From: Nitrospirota bacterium
Lineage (GTDB): Bacteria > Nitrospirota > Thermodesulfovibrionia > Thermodesulfovibrionales > Dissulfurispiraceae
Direction of reading: 5' to 3'
Length of the DNA stretch: 64,000 bases
Assembly: GCA_963790025.1 (NCBI GenBank)
Contig: CAWBMP010000004.1
Location: forward strand, 1,600,001 to 1,664,000
Positions 52,837 to 62,313 of the stretch are shown here, in pieces (the stretch's first letter is position 1; each line of letters opens with the position of its first letter). The position numbers and the translations under genes were made by a program. The notes beneath the pieces are model-generated. The model saw only the letters and a program-made list of their open reading frames with translations, was not told the DNA's origin and made no database searches.

Positions 52837-54477
52837 TTAGAACACTACGTCAAAGGTCAAGTATATATCGCTCGCGTGCTTAAGCGGCGAAAACAGCTGT
52901 ATTGAGTTAACATTCAAACTACTTATGCTTTGAGAACCTCCTACCCAGTTATTGCTTCCCGTGTCAGAGAAGGAGTAATACTGGTACCCGAGTCTGAAAA
53001 AGGCGTTTCCTCTCTTTGCAATGGGTTTCTTATTGAGGCTCTGAATAACATATGCCTCATACACGCTGCCTCTTGCCCCGAGCTTGCTCGTCCACATATC
53101 ATCGCTTGCCGGAGTAAAGGTTATCCAATTCTTTGTGCCGTAATTATATTCCACCCCTATCTTTGTCCCCGTGCTTTTAATGTCATACCTTCCGCCGAGA
53201 TATACCGCCTCACCTGCATATGACTTCATTTGTACGCCGGTTTGACCAAACATAGGAGCATAAGTGTCCCACATCAGACCGTATTGGACGCTGCCCGCTG
53301 GGGCACCGAAAAGAGAGCTGAAATCTGTAAATCTGCCGTTGGGATGGGTCACGCTGACAGCGGGAGACAGGAAGAGGTTCAGGTCACCGATCCCGAGGTC
53401 GTTTATTTTACCCATAACTACAGCGCCGTATTGGTCTATGTCTCCTATATTTGCATTCGCAACGGAACCCTGGCGGGCACCGTTCGTACCAAAGATGTTA
53501 AAACTGTCGTTTTCCGGGAAAGCGAAGATATCAAGTGCCCTGTTCCACTGAACTTCAACGTGGAAATTATCAGTATCTATAGGCACAGCGTTGACCCCTA
53601 TGAGCCACACATCTTTCATTGTATTCGAGCTGCCACCGGTCCTGAACCCGCTGTCAAACCCTTTGCCGAAACAGAACTTTGCGTAAGCGCCGGGAAGGGC
53701 ATTGATATCAGGGGCATATCCTATGGTACCACCGTCAAATGCGTAATCAACTAACAGTCCCGGTGTGCCGGCTGTTCCATATTTTTCGGTGTTTTGCCTT
53801 AAATTGGTTGGAACGCCTCCTGTGGACGGTCTTCTACCGATAGAAAACCATAACGGCACACCGCCTATGTTGCTCCAGGATGCAAATGCCTGGTCAACCC
53901 TGAGAGTGTCGTCCTGCGGTATGTGCGCAGAATTGCCGTCAAACAAGTAAAACTTGTCGGCAGCGAATGCGCCGCCACCCTGAAGATTGCCTGCACCGAC
54001 CGGCGTCGAGTTTTCTTCGCCCCAGACTTTGTACATAAGCAGTCTGGCATGGACCAACACATCTTCGGTCGCCCTTGCAGTCAGGTTCAGGCCGAACCTG
54101 TTGGTAAGAATATTGTCGTTGGCGACGCTCTTTGAAGTCGGATTGACACCGAACAAAACTGAGTTGACAGGAAGAACTGTGCCGTTCAGCGAATCCATTC
54201 TCGCCCGGTAATCTCCACCGATCGAAAACCAGGAAGACGCTGCCACCTGCTCCTCGGTTTTCTTTTCCACATCCTCGGTCTTTTTTTCGACATTTGAAAT
54301 TCTTTCCTCTTTTGTTGTCTCTTTGTTCTGCATTTCGGTCATCTGCTGTTTCAAGAGCTCGAGTTGTTTTGAGAGCTCGTCGATCTTCTGCATAAGATCG
54401 TTTTGATCGGCAGCAAATGCCGGGAGCGGAAGCAAAAAGGACAGTGAAAGAAGTACTGCTAAAAACTTTTTCTTCAT
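52837..54477 (-). CDS. DUF3373-like outer-membrane beta-barrel protein
   Basis: Signal peptide, N-terminal coiled coil, GDYRARMD, FSIGRRPST, C-terminal YLTFDVVF beta-signal; GGAGG RBS. Confidence 0.8.
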   Translation of the reverse strand: MKKKFLAVLLSLSFLLPLPAFAADQNDLMQKIDELSKQLELLKQQMTEMQNKETTKEERISNVEKKTEDVEKKTEEQVAASSWFSIGGDYRARMDSLNGTVLPVNSVLFGVNPTSKSVANDNILTNRFGLNLTARATEDVLVHARLLMYKVWGEENSTPVGAGNLQGGGAFAADKFYLFDGNSAHIPQDDTLRVDQAFASWSNIGGVPLWFSIGRRPSTGGVPTNLRQNTEKYGTAGTPGLLVDYAFDGGTIGYAPDINALPGAYAKFCFGKGFDSGFRTGGSSNTMKDVWLIGVNAVPIDTDNFHVEVQWNRALDIFAFPENDSFNIFGTNGARQGSVANANIGDIDQYGAVVMGKINDLGIGDLNLFLSPAVSVTHPNGRFTDFSSLFGAPAGSVQYGLMWDTYAPMFGQTGVQMKSYAGEAVYLGGRYDIKSTGTKIGVEYNYGTKNWITFTPASDDMWTSKLGARGSVYEAYVIQSLNKKPIAKRGNAFFRLGYQYYSFSDTGSNNWVGGSQSISSLNVNSIQLFSPLKHASDIYLTFDVVF

Positions 54478-54523
54478 ACCCGCACCTCCCCGGAAGTATA
54501 ATATTTCGGAAAGTTTAGAATAT

Positions 54524-56362
54524 ATGCAACTGATAAGTCAAGCACATTCTATACTTGCTTTTGTTTCATTTTTATTCGATAATTTTAATAGTGTGAAGGC
54601 GTATCATTATTTATTACTTGCTGTAGTTTTAATCGCACGGCCGGTTCATTCGTATGCGGAAGAAGTTTGCGTTATTTGCCATGGTAATGCCCTGATGATG
54701 CAGGCAGCCGGTTACCCGCAGTTTACTGTTACCGCCGCCGATATCTTGAGTCAGACCCACATGCCCGCAACCTGTACTGACTGTCATTTGGGGGACGGAA
54801 AGGCGGCGAACAAGGAGGATGCCCATAAGGGAATTCTTGTGGTGAAAGCTGTAAAGGATAGAACAGTCAAAGCGGTACCGAGGAGCGCAATGGGGCCCGG
54901 GGACATGAAAGAGTGGCCGGACCTCGAAGCAAGGGGCAATAATAGGGCAACCCTATTTCTCCCCAAGAGTTCTGTTAACGGAAGGCTCGTTGACAACCCT
55001 GATTACAGGCTCATCATCTGGCATGACAAGAACCCTGAAACACTCGCCTTCAATCCCGGCATAGCCGAAGAGACCTGCGGAAAGTGCCATGCCGATATAG
55101 TGAAGGACTTCCTGAAGTCCCCTATGGGCGGGGGCACGGGCGCACACACCCAAAGTCAATACAAGGCATGGACCGGTCCCACAGGTCCCCAGAGTTGCGG
55201 CTTGTGGGTGGGTTCGCTTTCAAAGCCTGACCAGGATTCATTTAATGACGAAAACATGAAGCACTATAATCGGCATTCAACAATGCCCATGAACGAAAAG
55301 TCGGCCTATAATAGCCAGAAGAAGTGCAACCAGTGCCATGTCGGATGTCTCGACTGCCATTACAAGCCCCCCCATACTTTTCTCAGAAAGCCGGCGCCTC
55401 TCTCCTGTTACGGCGGAGGCAAATCATTCAGCTGTCATGCCGGCCCCCTTGAGAGGAGACGGGGTGACGGTTATTTCAGGGCCGAGTTCACCCAGTCTAC
55501 GCCTCAAGGCACCAAGATATTGAATAACGTTGCGGACGTTCATATGCAGAAAGGCGTGACGTGCACAGATTGTCACGAGCCGAACAGGAAATCGGGTTTT
55601 CATGCCGATGTGAAAAGGGACGTGAACTGCGAAAAGTGCCATGCAGAGGTTGTCAGGGCCAATGAGATGGGAGCTCATAAACATGTGGATTGTGCCTCCT
55701 GCCATACCGCCTTGGTGGGGGGCTATGCATTCAATTTCTGGTCTGCTGTGGGTCCAAAGGGAAATGAGAACCCCCTTACCAGGATTCAAGACTATCTTGT
55801 CGAAGCTATGAGTCCCATTATCATAAAGAACCCGATGGGAGTATGGGTCCCGGTTCATGTGCTTCCGCATACATCGGGCAATGTAAAAGCGGGAGAAGTG
55901 AGACTGTCGGACAGGCTCCTCTTCAGGAACAGGCCCGACTCTGATATTGACAGACTTTATTTTTCCAATGACTCTTATGCGATTACCGGCCTGGTAAGGA
56001 ACCTCGATGACAAAGACCACGATACAATGGTCTGGCTTAATCTCGACAAAGTTGCCCATGGAACTGGCAAGGCAAGGGGCTGCGAAAGCTGCCACGCATC
56101 CACAGCCCAGAAAATCCGGGTGAAATTCAGCGGAGGCTCCTACAAGGATGTTGAGGATGGAGAATACACGATCATCGCGGACGGGAAGGGCCTCAGGGTT
56201 GTGGACTTCAGGGCTGCCGGAGAAGGGACCGCACCGAAAGGTCTCGGGGCGTTTAAGGACAAGTGGGACCTAGCAGGAGACTTTGCCCTGCCTGCTCTCA
56301 AGGACAAAAAAATCTATGACCGAATGAGGAAAAAATATGAAGAGGGAAAATTTGCGCACTGA
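54524..56362 (+). CDS. multiheme c-type cytochrome (9 CxxCH plus one CX8CH)
   Basis: CVICH, CTDCH, CGKCH, CNQCH, CLDCH, CTDCH, CEKCH, CASCH, CESCH, plus CYGGGKSFSCH; likely GTG start at 54593 with a signal peptide. Confidence 0.92.
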   Translation: MQLISQAHSILAFVSFLFDNFNSVKAYHYLLLAVVLIARPVHSYAEEVCVICHGNALMMQAAGYPQFTVTAADILSQTHMPATCTDCHLGDGKAANKEDAHKGILVVKAVKDRTVKAVPRSAMGPGDMKEWPDLEARGNNRATLFLPKSSVNGRLVDNPDYRLIIWHDKNPETLAFNPGIAEETCGKCHADIVKDFLKSPMGGGTGAHTQSQYKAWTGPTGPQSCGLWVGSLSKPDQDSFNDENMKHYNRHSTMPMNEKSAYNSQKKCNQCHVGCLDCHYKPPHTFLRKPAPLSCYGGGKSFSCHAGPLERRRGDGYFRAEFTQSTPQGTKILNNVADVHMQKGVTCTDCHEPNRKSGFHADVKRDVNCEKCHAEVVRANEMGAHKHVDCASCHTALVGGYAFNFWSAVGPKGNENPLTRIQDYLVEAMSPIIIKNPMGVWVPVHVLPHTSGNVKAGEVRLSDRLLFRNRPDSDIDRLYFSNDSYAITGLVRNLDDKDHDTMVWLNLDKVAHGTGKARGCESCHASTAQKIRVKFSGGSYKDVEDGEYTIIADGKGLRVVDFRAAGEGTAPKGLGAFKDKWDLAGDFALPALKDKKIYDRMRKKYEEGKFAH

Positions 56363-56660
56363 GGGCCGGCTTACAGTCTTGATGTTTTTGGCAGCGTTAT
56401 TTTTGATTGTTTTTACCGGTCCAGCGTTGGCAGAGGAACGGGTAAACGGCATACTGAAGAGCATAGACCTTAAGACGAATACAGCGGTAGTCGTCAGTTA
56501 CGAGGGAGCGGAAATTCCTATTGCCGTAGAAGATGAAGTCACCCTGGCAAAGCTGAGAGACAGAAGGATCAGGATTGATGACGATGTGAAAGTCAGGTAC
56601 GAGAAGGTCGGAGGCAAAAACGTCTCGACTTATTTCAGAAGGCTACTGGGTTGTTTTTAG
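56337..56660 (+). CDS. small exported beta-rich (OB-fold-like) protein with C-terminal Gly-Cys
   Basis: Signal peptide ending ALA; GILKSID..DDVKVRY pattern; ends LLGCF; overlaps the cytochrome stop. Confidence 0.7.
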   Translation: MKRENLRTEGRLTVLMFLAALFLIVFTGPALAEERVNGILKSIDLKTNTAVVVSYEGAEIPIAVEDEVTLAKLRDRRIRIDDDVKVRYEKVGGKNVSTYFRRLLGCF

Positions 56661-56985
56661 AATTTAACAAAGAGGCCATTTTCCCGCTCTCAGTCAGGAG
56701 TTCGGACAGCACTTCTCTCATAAGACCGCAAGCCTGGATCACCTTGGGGTTAGCGACGCTATAATAAATATTAACGCCTTCTCTTCTGCTGTTCAATATA
56801 CCCTTAATCCTCATTACAGCGAGGTGCTGCGAGACGTTTGCCTTGGATATACCAAGGATCTCTATAAGCTCGGTCACGGACTTTTCTCCGCCCTTCAACG
56901 TGGCGAGGATTTCTATCCTTACAGGGCTGGCCAGCGTCTTGCAAATCTCAGCCTGCAATTCATAAATAGATTTATGTTTTTTCAT
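56635..56985 (-). CDS. ArsR/SmtB-family transcriptional regulator with two Cys
   Basis: KTLASPVRIEIL, SKANVSQHLAVMR, RREGVNIYY; Cys in AEICK and QACGL. Confidence 0.93.
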   Translation of the reverse strand: MKKHKSIYELQAEICKTLASPVRIEILATLKGGEKSVTELIEILGISKANVSQHLAVMRIKGILNSRREGVNIYYSVANPKVIQACGLMREVLSELLTESGKMASLLNSKNNPVAF

Positions 56986-57122
56986 ATATCATTAAATTCT
57001 ATTGATTCCCCACGTGAAAAGTCAACGTTACCATTTTTACGCGCCCGTCTTTTCTTTGGCCTTTTGGCAGCAACCTTTTGCCTGGTTTTGCCTTTTTTCT
57101 TTCGCTTGATATAAAATGAGCC

Positions 57123-57614
57123 ATGGAATTGTTCCGGGAGATTAGAGCATTTTATATCAGGTTGCCATACGTATACAAAAAGATCAGCCAGGATATGACC
57201 GACAGGTTATGGAACCTTGCAAAAGAGAATTCGATCAGCACTATCGATATCACAAAAGAAAACGAGGTGCTGATTCATGCAGAAATAGATTTCTCGCTTG
57301 AGAACTGGAATGATGCGATAAGTTACTTGCGCTCCGCGATCACGCTCCTTAATGTTAAAAACGGCTATATTGCGGTGCGGAAGATTGAAGCATCCGACAA
57401 TGCCCTGAAGACCGAAATCGAAGGATATAAAGTAACGAACAGGGGCGTCTATAATGCCGAGATGCCGGAATCTCCCGATTTCATTGAGGACATTATAAGG
57501 CTTTCAGGAAGGAACAAAAAGCTTCAGCAGATTGATGCCATGGAAAAGCTCTTCAGGTTTATCGAGGAACAGGAAAAAGACGGCAGAGACGACGAGTCAA
57601 AATTTGAATGTTGA
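57123..57614 (+). CDS. hypothetical protein
   Basis: 163-aa ORF filling the gap, with protein-like composition; no motif recognised. Confidence 0.6.
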   Translation: MELFREIRAFYIRLPYVYKKISQDMTDRLWNLAKENSISTIDITKENEVLIHAEIDFSLENWNDAISYLRSAITLLNVKNGYIAVRKIEASDNALKTEIEGYKVTNRGVYNAEMPESPDFIEDIIRLSGRNKKLQQIDAMEKLFRFIEEQEKDGRDDESKFEC

Positions 57615-57684
57615 ATTTTTGGTACTTTCCATTAATTCAATGTTTGCTATTTAGCATTCAACCTTTAACATTTCCAATCCTTCT

Positions 57685-59392
57685 ATGTACTCCATAACAA
57701 AAAGAGAGATAGAAATCATTCTGGACTCTACTCATGACGGGATGATTGCCGTCAATGAAGCCGGCATAGTGACCCTTTTCAACAGGGCTGCCGAGAGAAT
57801 CACCGGATTGCGTGCAAATGCCGTCATCGGGCGCCTGGCTGTTGACGGTATTCCCAATACCAGGCTTCACCTTGTTCTGTCCAGCGGAGAACCTGAACTG
57901 AACCAGCAGCAAAACATTGGAGATACCCTGATTATAACCAGCAGGGTCCCCGTACGTAATGAAGAAGGACAAATAGTCGGGGCAGTGGCGGTTTTCCGTG
58001 ACATAACAGAAATTAAAAGTCTTGCCGGACAGGTTTCCGACCTGTGGAAGGTGAGGAGCCTTCTCGAGGCGATAATCGAGGCAACCCGGGATGCTATTTC
58101 CGTGGCAGACGAGAAGGGGAATAACTTTATTGTCAATTCTGCCTATACCCGCATCACAGGACTTCCCAGGGATGCTGTGATTAACAAGCCGGTCACTGTT
58201 GACATTGCCGAAGGAGAGAGCATGCATATGAAAGTGCTCCAGACCGGCAAGCCCGTTCATAATGTGCGAATGAAAGTGGGCCCGGCTAAAAAAGAAGTGA
58301 TCGTGAATGTCGCCCCGATTTTTATCGACGGGAAAATCCGCGGCAGCGTAGGAGTGATTCAGGATATAACGGAAATTATTGCCCTGAATGAAGAACTTTC
58401 AAAAACAAAAAGGTTGCTCCGCCATTTGGAAGCGCGTTATAAATGGGAGGACATTATCGGTGACAGCCTGGTCCTGCAGAGGGCAAAGGAACAGGCCAAA
58501 ATGGCTGCTGAAACACCTGCCACGGTCCTTTTAAGAGGAGAGAGCGGGACGGGTAAGGAACTCTTTGCCCATGCTATTCATAACGCGAGCCCGAGGAAGA
58601 AGGGACAGTTTGTAAGGGTCAATTGTGCTGCCATAGCGGAGAACCTCCTGGAGAGCGAATTATTCGGCTACGAAGAGGGCGCTTTCACCGGGGCCATGAA
58701 GGGGGGCAAGAGGGGACTTTTTGAAGAGGCGATCGGTGGAACTATCTTCCTCGATGAGATAGGAGATATAAGCAGTAACCTCCAGAGCAAGCTTCTTGAG
58801 AGTCCTCCAGGAAAAGGAAATTATCCGCGTCGGGGCGACGCGATCTGTACCTATTGATGTGAGGGTAATTTCTGCAACAAATGCAAACCTGGAACAAAAA
58901 GTCCGTTCAGGGACCTTCAGGGAAGACCTTTACTACCGTCTGAATGTCATCCCGATCCACATACCGGTCCTGAGGGAGCATAAAGAGGACATAAAACCAC
59001 TGGCAGAACATATAATCATTAAACTCAACCAGGAATTCGGTCGGACTGTGCAAGAGATATCGGATGCAGCCCTTCATGCCCTTGCTGGTTATGATTGGCC
59101 CGGCAATGTCCGGGAACTCAAAAATGTGCTCGGGAGGGCCATGATTACCATGCGTCCACAGGATACTATTTTAGAATTGAAGCACCTGCCGCTTTTGACC
59201 GGCGAAAAAATAATCAGCCAATCGCTTTCCGTTCAGCCTCAACCCCTCGGTAAGGTCATTGCAGAAACGGAACGGGCTGTCGTTGCACAGGCACTTCTGG
59301 AAACAAAAGGCAACCGCACAAAAGCCGCCGCATTATTGGAGATCTCGATGCGCACGCTGTTTTACAAGATAGAGAAATACGGGCTCAAATGA
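57685..59392 (+). pseudogene. sigma54-dependent activator (PAS-PAS-AAA+-HTH) split by a 1-nt frameshift
   Basis: GESGTGKE and GAFTGA in the first frame; [13 protein letters not shown] broken at 58792-58798; FREDLYYRLNV, WPGNVREL and the HTH continue in the +1 frame. Confidence 0.85.
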
Positions 59393-59546
59393 TCTTTAGG
59401 TAGTGGGTCAGTTTGTTTTTGCCCCGGCTCAATCCCACTACCAGCCTATTGACATCCATTCAATTCGGCTCTATATTTTCAATTATATTAGGCCTCATGC
59501 AAAAGTCTTAAAAACCAAACAGATCAGAAATTGCAAGGAGCGCAAA

Positions 59547-61118
59547 ATGTTTCATGAAAGCAGACTGTGGTTCGTCGCGCTCATCAGTATTTCCCTCCTG
59601 TCCGGATGTGTCAGTGTGGGACCTGATTTCCACCGGCCCGAGACCGTGGTTTCGCCGAACTGGATGGAAGCTGGAGACGAACGGGTGCGCAGCGGTCCAG
59701 CTGACTACCGCGAATGGTGGAAGGCATTCAACGACCCGGTTCTGGACCGTATCATTGACCGTGCGTACAGGGGAAACCTCACGCTCAGGATTGCAGGGCT
59801 GCATGTACTGGAAGCCAGGGCCCAACTCGGCATTGCCATAGGAAGTATATTCCCTCAAACCCAGCAGGCTTCAGGTTCGGCCCAGCGCGTCCGTACGAGT
59901 GAGTCCGCCCCCCAGGCCTTTCCTTCGATCGTATACTCCGAAGCTCAAATCGGACTGAACGCCAGTTGGGAACTCGACTTTTGGGGGAGGTTCAGACGCG
60001 GGATCGAGTCAGCCAATGCCGGTTGGCTTGCAACTATAGCCGATTACGACAATGCCATGGTAAGCCTTACAGCAGATGTTGCCGATTCTTACATAACTAT
60101 CAGGACACTCGAAAAACGGATCGCCATTGCCCGTGAAAATGTGGAAACCCAGGAAGAGAGTCTGAAGATCGCAGAGGCCCGGTTTCACTCAGGCATAGTC
60201 TCGCAGTTGGATGTGGAGCAGGCCAAAACGGTCCTCAATAATACTTTTGCTTCCATTCCTTCCCTTGAAACCCAGTTGAGACAGCAAAAGAATGCCCTTT
60301 GCGTGTTGCTCGGTTCGGCGCCGGGCGACCTGACAGCGGTCCTCGAAGGCGCTTCAGAGATACCCGTTTCTCCGTCCCAGGTCGTGGTTGGTGTCCCTAC
60401 TGATCTGCTTCGCCGCCGCCCGGATATCCGCAGCGCTGAGTACCAGGCAGAGGCACAATCAGCGCAAATCGGTGTGGCCAAAGCAGACCTCTATCCGGCT
60501 TTCTCACTTAGCGGGATGTTTGGTTTTCTCTCAAGCGATGTCGGGAGTTCTGCTCTTGCCGACATATTTAAATGGAAAAGCCGCACGTACCAGTTCGGGC
60601 CATCTTTCGAGTGGAATATTTTCAATTATGGCCGGATCACTAACAATGTCCGTCTGCAGGACGCCCGGTTCCAGGAGTTGCTTATTACGTATCAGAACGC
60701 GGTGCTGAAAGCGCAACAGGAAGTGGAGGACAACATGGTTGCTTTCCTGAGGGCCCAGGAACGTGCCCGCTATTTGTCCCTTAGCACTGCAGCCGCCAGG
60801 AATGCCCTTGATCTCGCTGTCAAACAATATCGGCAAGGCATAAGGGACTTTACTACTGTGCTGGTGGCCCAACAGAGTCTTTTGAATGAGCAGGACAACC
60901 TGGCTGTTACCCTGGGCAGTATTTCCAGCGGGCTGGTTGGAGTCTACAGGTCCCTGGGCGGAGGCTGGGAAATTCGTGAAGGCAAGGATTTGGTGCCGCC
61001 CGCTATCAAAGAGGAAATGGCGAAACGTACTGACTGGGGTGAATTGCTCGCACCCGCATCATATAATCGGCCTGTATTGACCGAGCCTAAGCCATCAATC
61101 CGGCCCCCGGACTGGTAA
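59547..61118 (+). CDS. RND efflux outer-membrane factor lipoprotein (NodT/OprM family)
   Basis: Start at 59547 (AAGGAG RBS); LSGC lipobox; WWKAFNDPVL, SWELDFWG, LLRRRPDI, LGGGW. Confidence 0.95.
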   Translation: MFHESRLWFVALISISLLSGCVSVGPDFHRPETVVSPNWMEAGDERVRSGPADYREWWKAFNDPVLDRIIDRAYRGNLTLRIAGLHVLEARAQLGIAIGSIFPQTQQASGSAQRVRTSESAPQAFPSIVYSEAQIGLNASWELDFWGRFRRGIESANAGWLATIADYDNAMVSLTADVADSYITIRTLEKRIAIARENVETQEESLKIAEARFHSGIVSQLDVEQAKTVLNNTFASIPSLETQLRQQKNALCVLLGSAPGDLTAVLEGASEIPVSPSQVVVGVPTDLLRRRPDIRSAEYQAEAQSAQIGVAKADLYPAFSLSGMFGFLSSDVGSSALADIFKWKSRTYQFGPSFEWNIFNYGRITNNVRLQDARFQELLITYQNAVLKAQQEVEDNMVAFLRAQERARYLSLSTAAARNALDLAVKQYRQGIRDFTTVLVAQQSLLNEQDNLAVTLGSISSGLVGVYRSLGGGWEIREGKDLVPPAIKEEMAKRTDWGELLAPASYNRPVLTEPKPSIRPPDW

Positions 61119-61134
61119 CAATTTTGGAGGTGAA

Positions 61135-62313
61135 ATGAAAATGTGCAGCGATATCGAACAGGCAGGACATAGTGTTTCAGCTGACTTTGCAAAAATTGTC
61201 GGCTTTGCGATATGTCTGGGTTTGTTTCTCCTGGTCGGGTGTCAGGCAAAAAAACCCGCGCCTCCTCCTCCGCCCAAAGTTACGGTAAAACAGCCGGAGC
61301 AGCGGACAGTGACCGACTCTCTCGAACTCACCGGAAATACCCAAGCCATTAATACCGTGCAACTGGTCGCGAGGGTACCGGGTTATCTTGAAAAGGTCTT
61401 TTTTCAAGACGGGCAAACGGTCAAAAAAGGCCAAACACTTTTTCTCATCCAGCAAAATACATATGAAGCCAGGCTTCAGCAGGCAGAGGGACAAATATTG
61501 ACTCAAGAGGCCCAGTTGGAATATGCCGGTAACCAGTTTGTCCGCTATTCCGCACTGTTGCCGGAAAAGGCCGCAGCACAATCCGATGTGGACAACTGGA
61601 AGTACCAGCGGGACGCTGCCCAGGCCAACCTGAAAACAGCGGTAGCGCAACGGGACCTTGCCAGACTCGATCTTGGGTATACGAAGGTTGCCGCCCCGTT
61701 TGACGGCCGTATCGACCGAAGACTGCAGGACCCGGGGAACTTTGTGGGCACAGACAACAACAACTCTGTTCTGGCACAATTCAACCAAATCGACCCGATC
61801 TATGTCTATTTCACTATCAGCGATACTGATTTGGCCCGACTGGTAAAGAGCGCGCACGGTATTCCGGGACGTGACAGTTCCAGGAAGTGGCCGGTATTTA
61901 TCGGGTTGAATGATGAAAAAGACTATCCGCATCAGGGCACCCTCGATTTTGCTTCGATCAGCCTTGCACCGACCAGCGGCACTCTCCTGATGAGGGGAGT
62001 TTTTTCAAATCCGTCCGGCAGGATCCTGCCGGGCCTGTTTGCCAGGGTACAGGTGCCCCTGGAGAAAAAAGCCGCATTCCTGTTGCCTGAAGCTGCCCTT
62101 GGTAATGATCAGCAGGGCGATTATGTGCTGGTTGTAAACGAAAAGCATACTGTGGAACGGCACCCGGTTAAAACCGGCCCCCCGATAGGTAGTCTGCGTG
62201 TCATCGAACAGGGCCTTAACGGAAGAGAGTGGGTCATTACCAGTGGGGTATTAAAAGCTGGGCCGGGACGCCAGGTCACTCCTGTGGTTGAGGACGGGTC
62301 AGAGAAAAAATGA
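61135..62313 (+). CDS. RND efflux periplasmic adaptor (MFP)
   Basis: LVGC lipobox; ARVPGYL, GQTVKKGQTLF, YTKVAAPFDGRI, LPGLFARV. Confidence 0.95.
   Translation: MKMCSDIEQAGHSVSADFAKIVGFAICLGLFLLVGCQAKKPAPPPPPKVTVKQPEQRTVTDSLELTGNTQAINTVQLVARVPGYLEKVFFQDGQTVKKGQTLFLIQQNTYEARLQQAEGQILTQEAQLEYAGNQFVRYSALLPEKAAAQSDVDNWKYQRDAAQANLKTAVAQRDLARLDLGYTKVAAPFDGRIDRRLQDPGNFVGTDNNNSVLAQFNQIDPIYVYFTISDTDLARLVKSAHGIPGRDSSRKWPVFIGLNDEKDYPHQGTLDFASISLAPTSGTLLMRGVFSNPSGRILPGLFARVQVPLEKKAAFLLPEAALGNDQQGDYVLVVNEKHTVERHPVKTGPPIGSLRVIEQGLNGREWVITSGVLKAGPGRQVTPVVEDGSEKK

Noticed and set aside
51879..56660. Selenocysteine read-through in the redox module
   Set aside because: TlpA has a normal CGPC and all heme motifs are complete; I found no in-frame TGA at a Cys position
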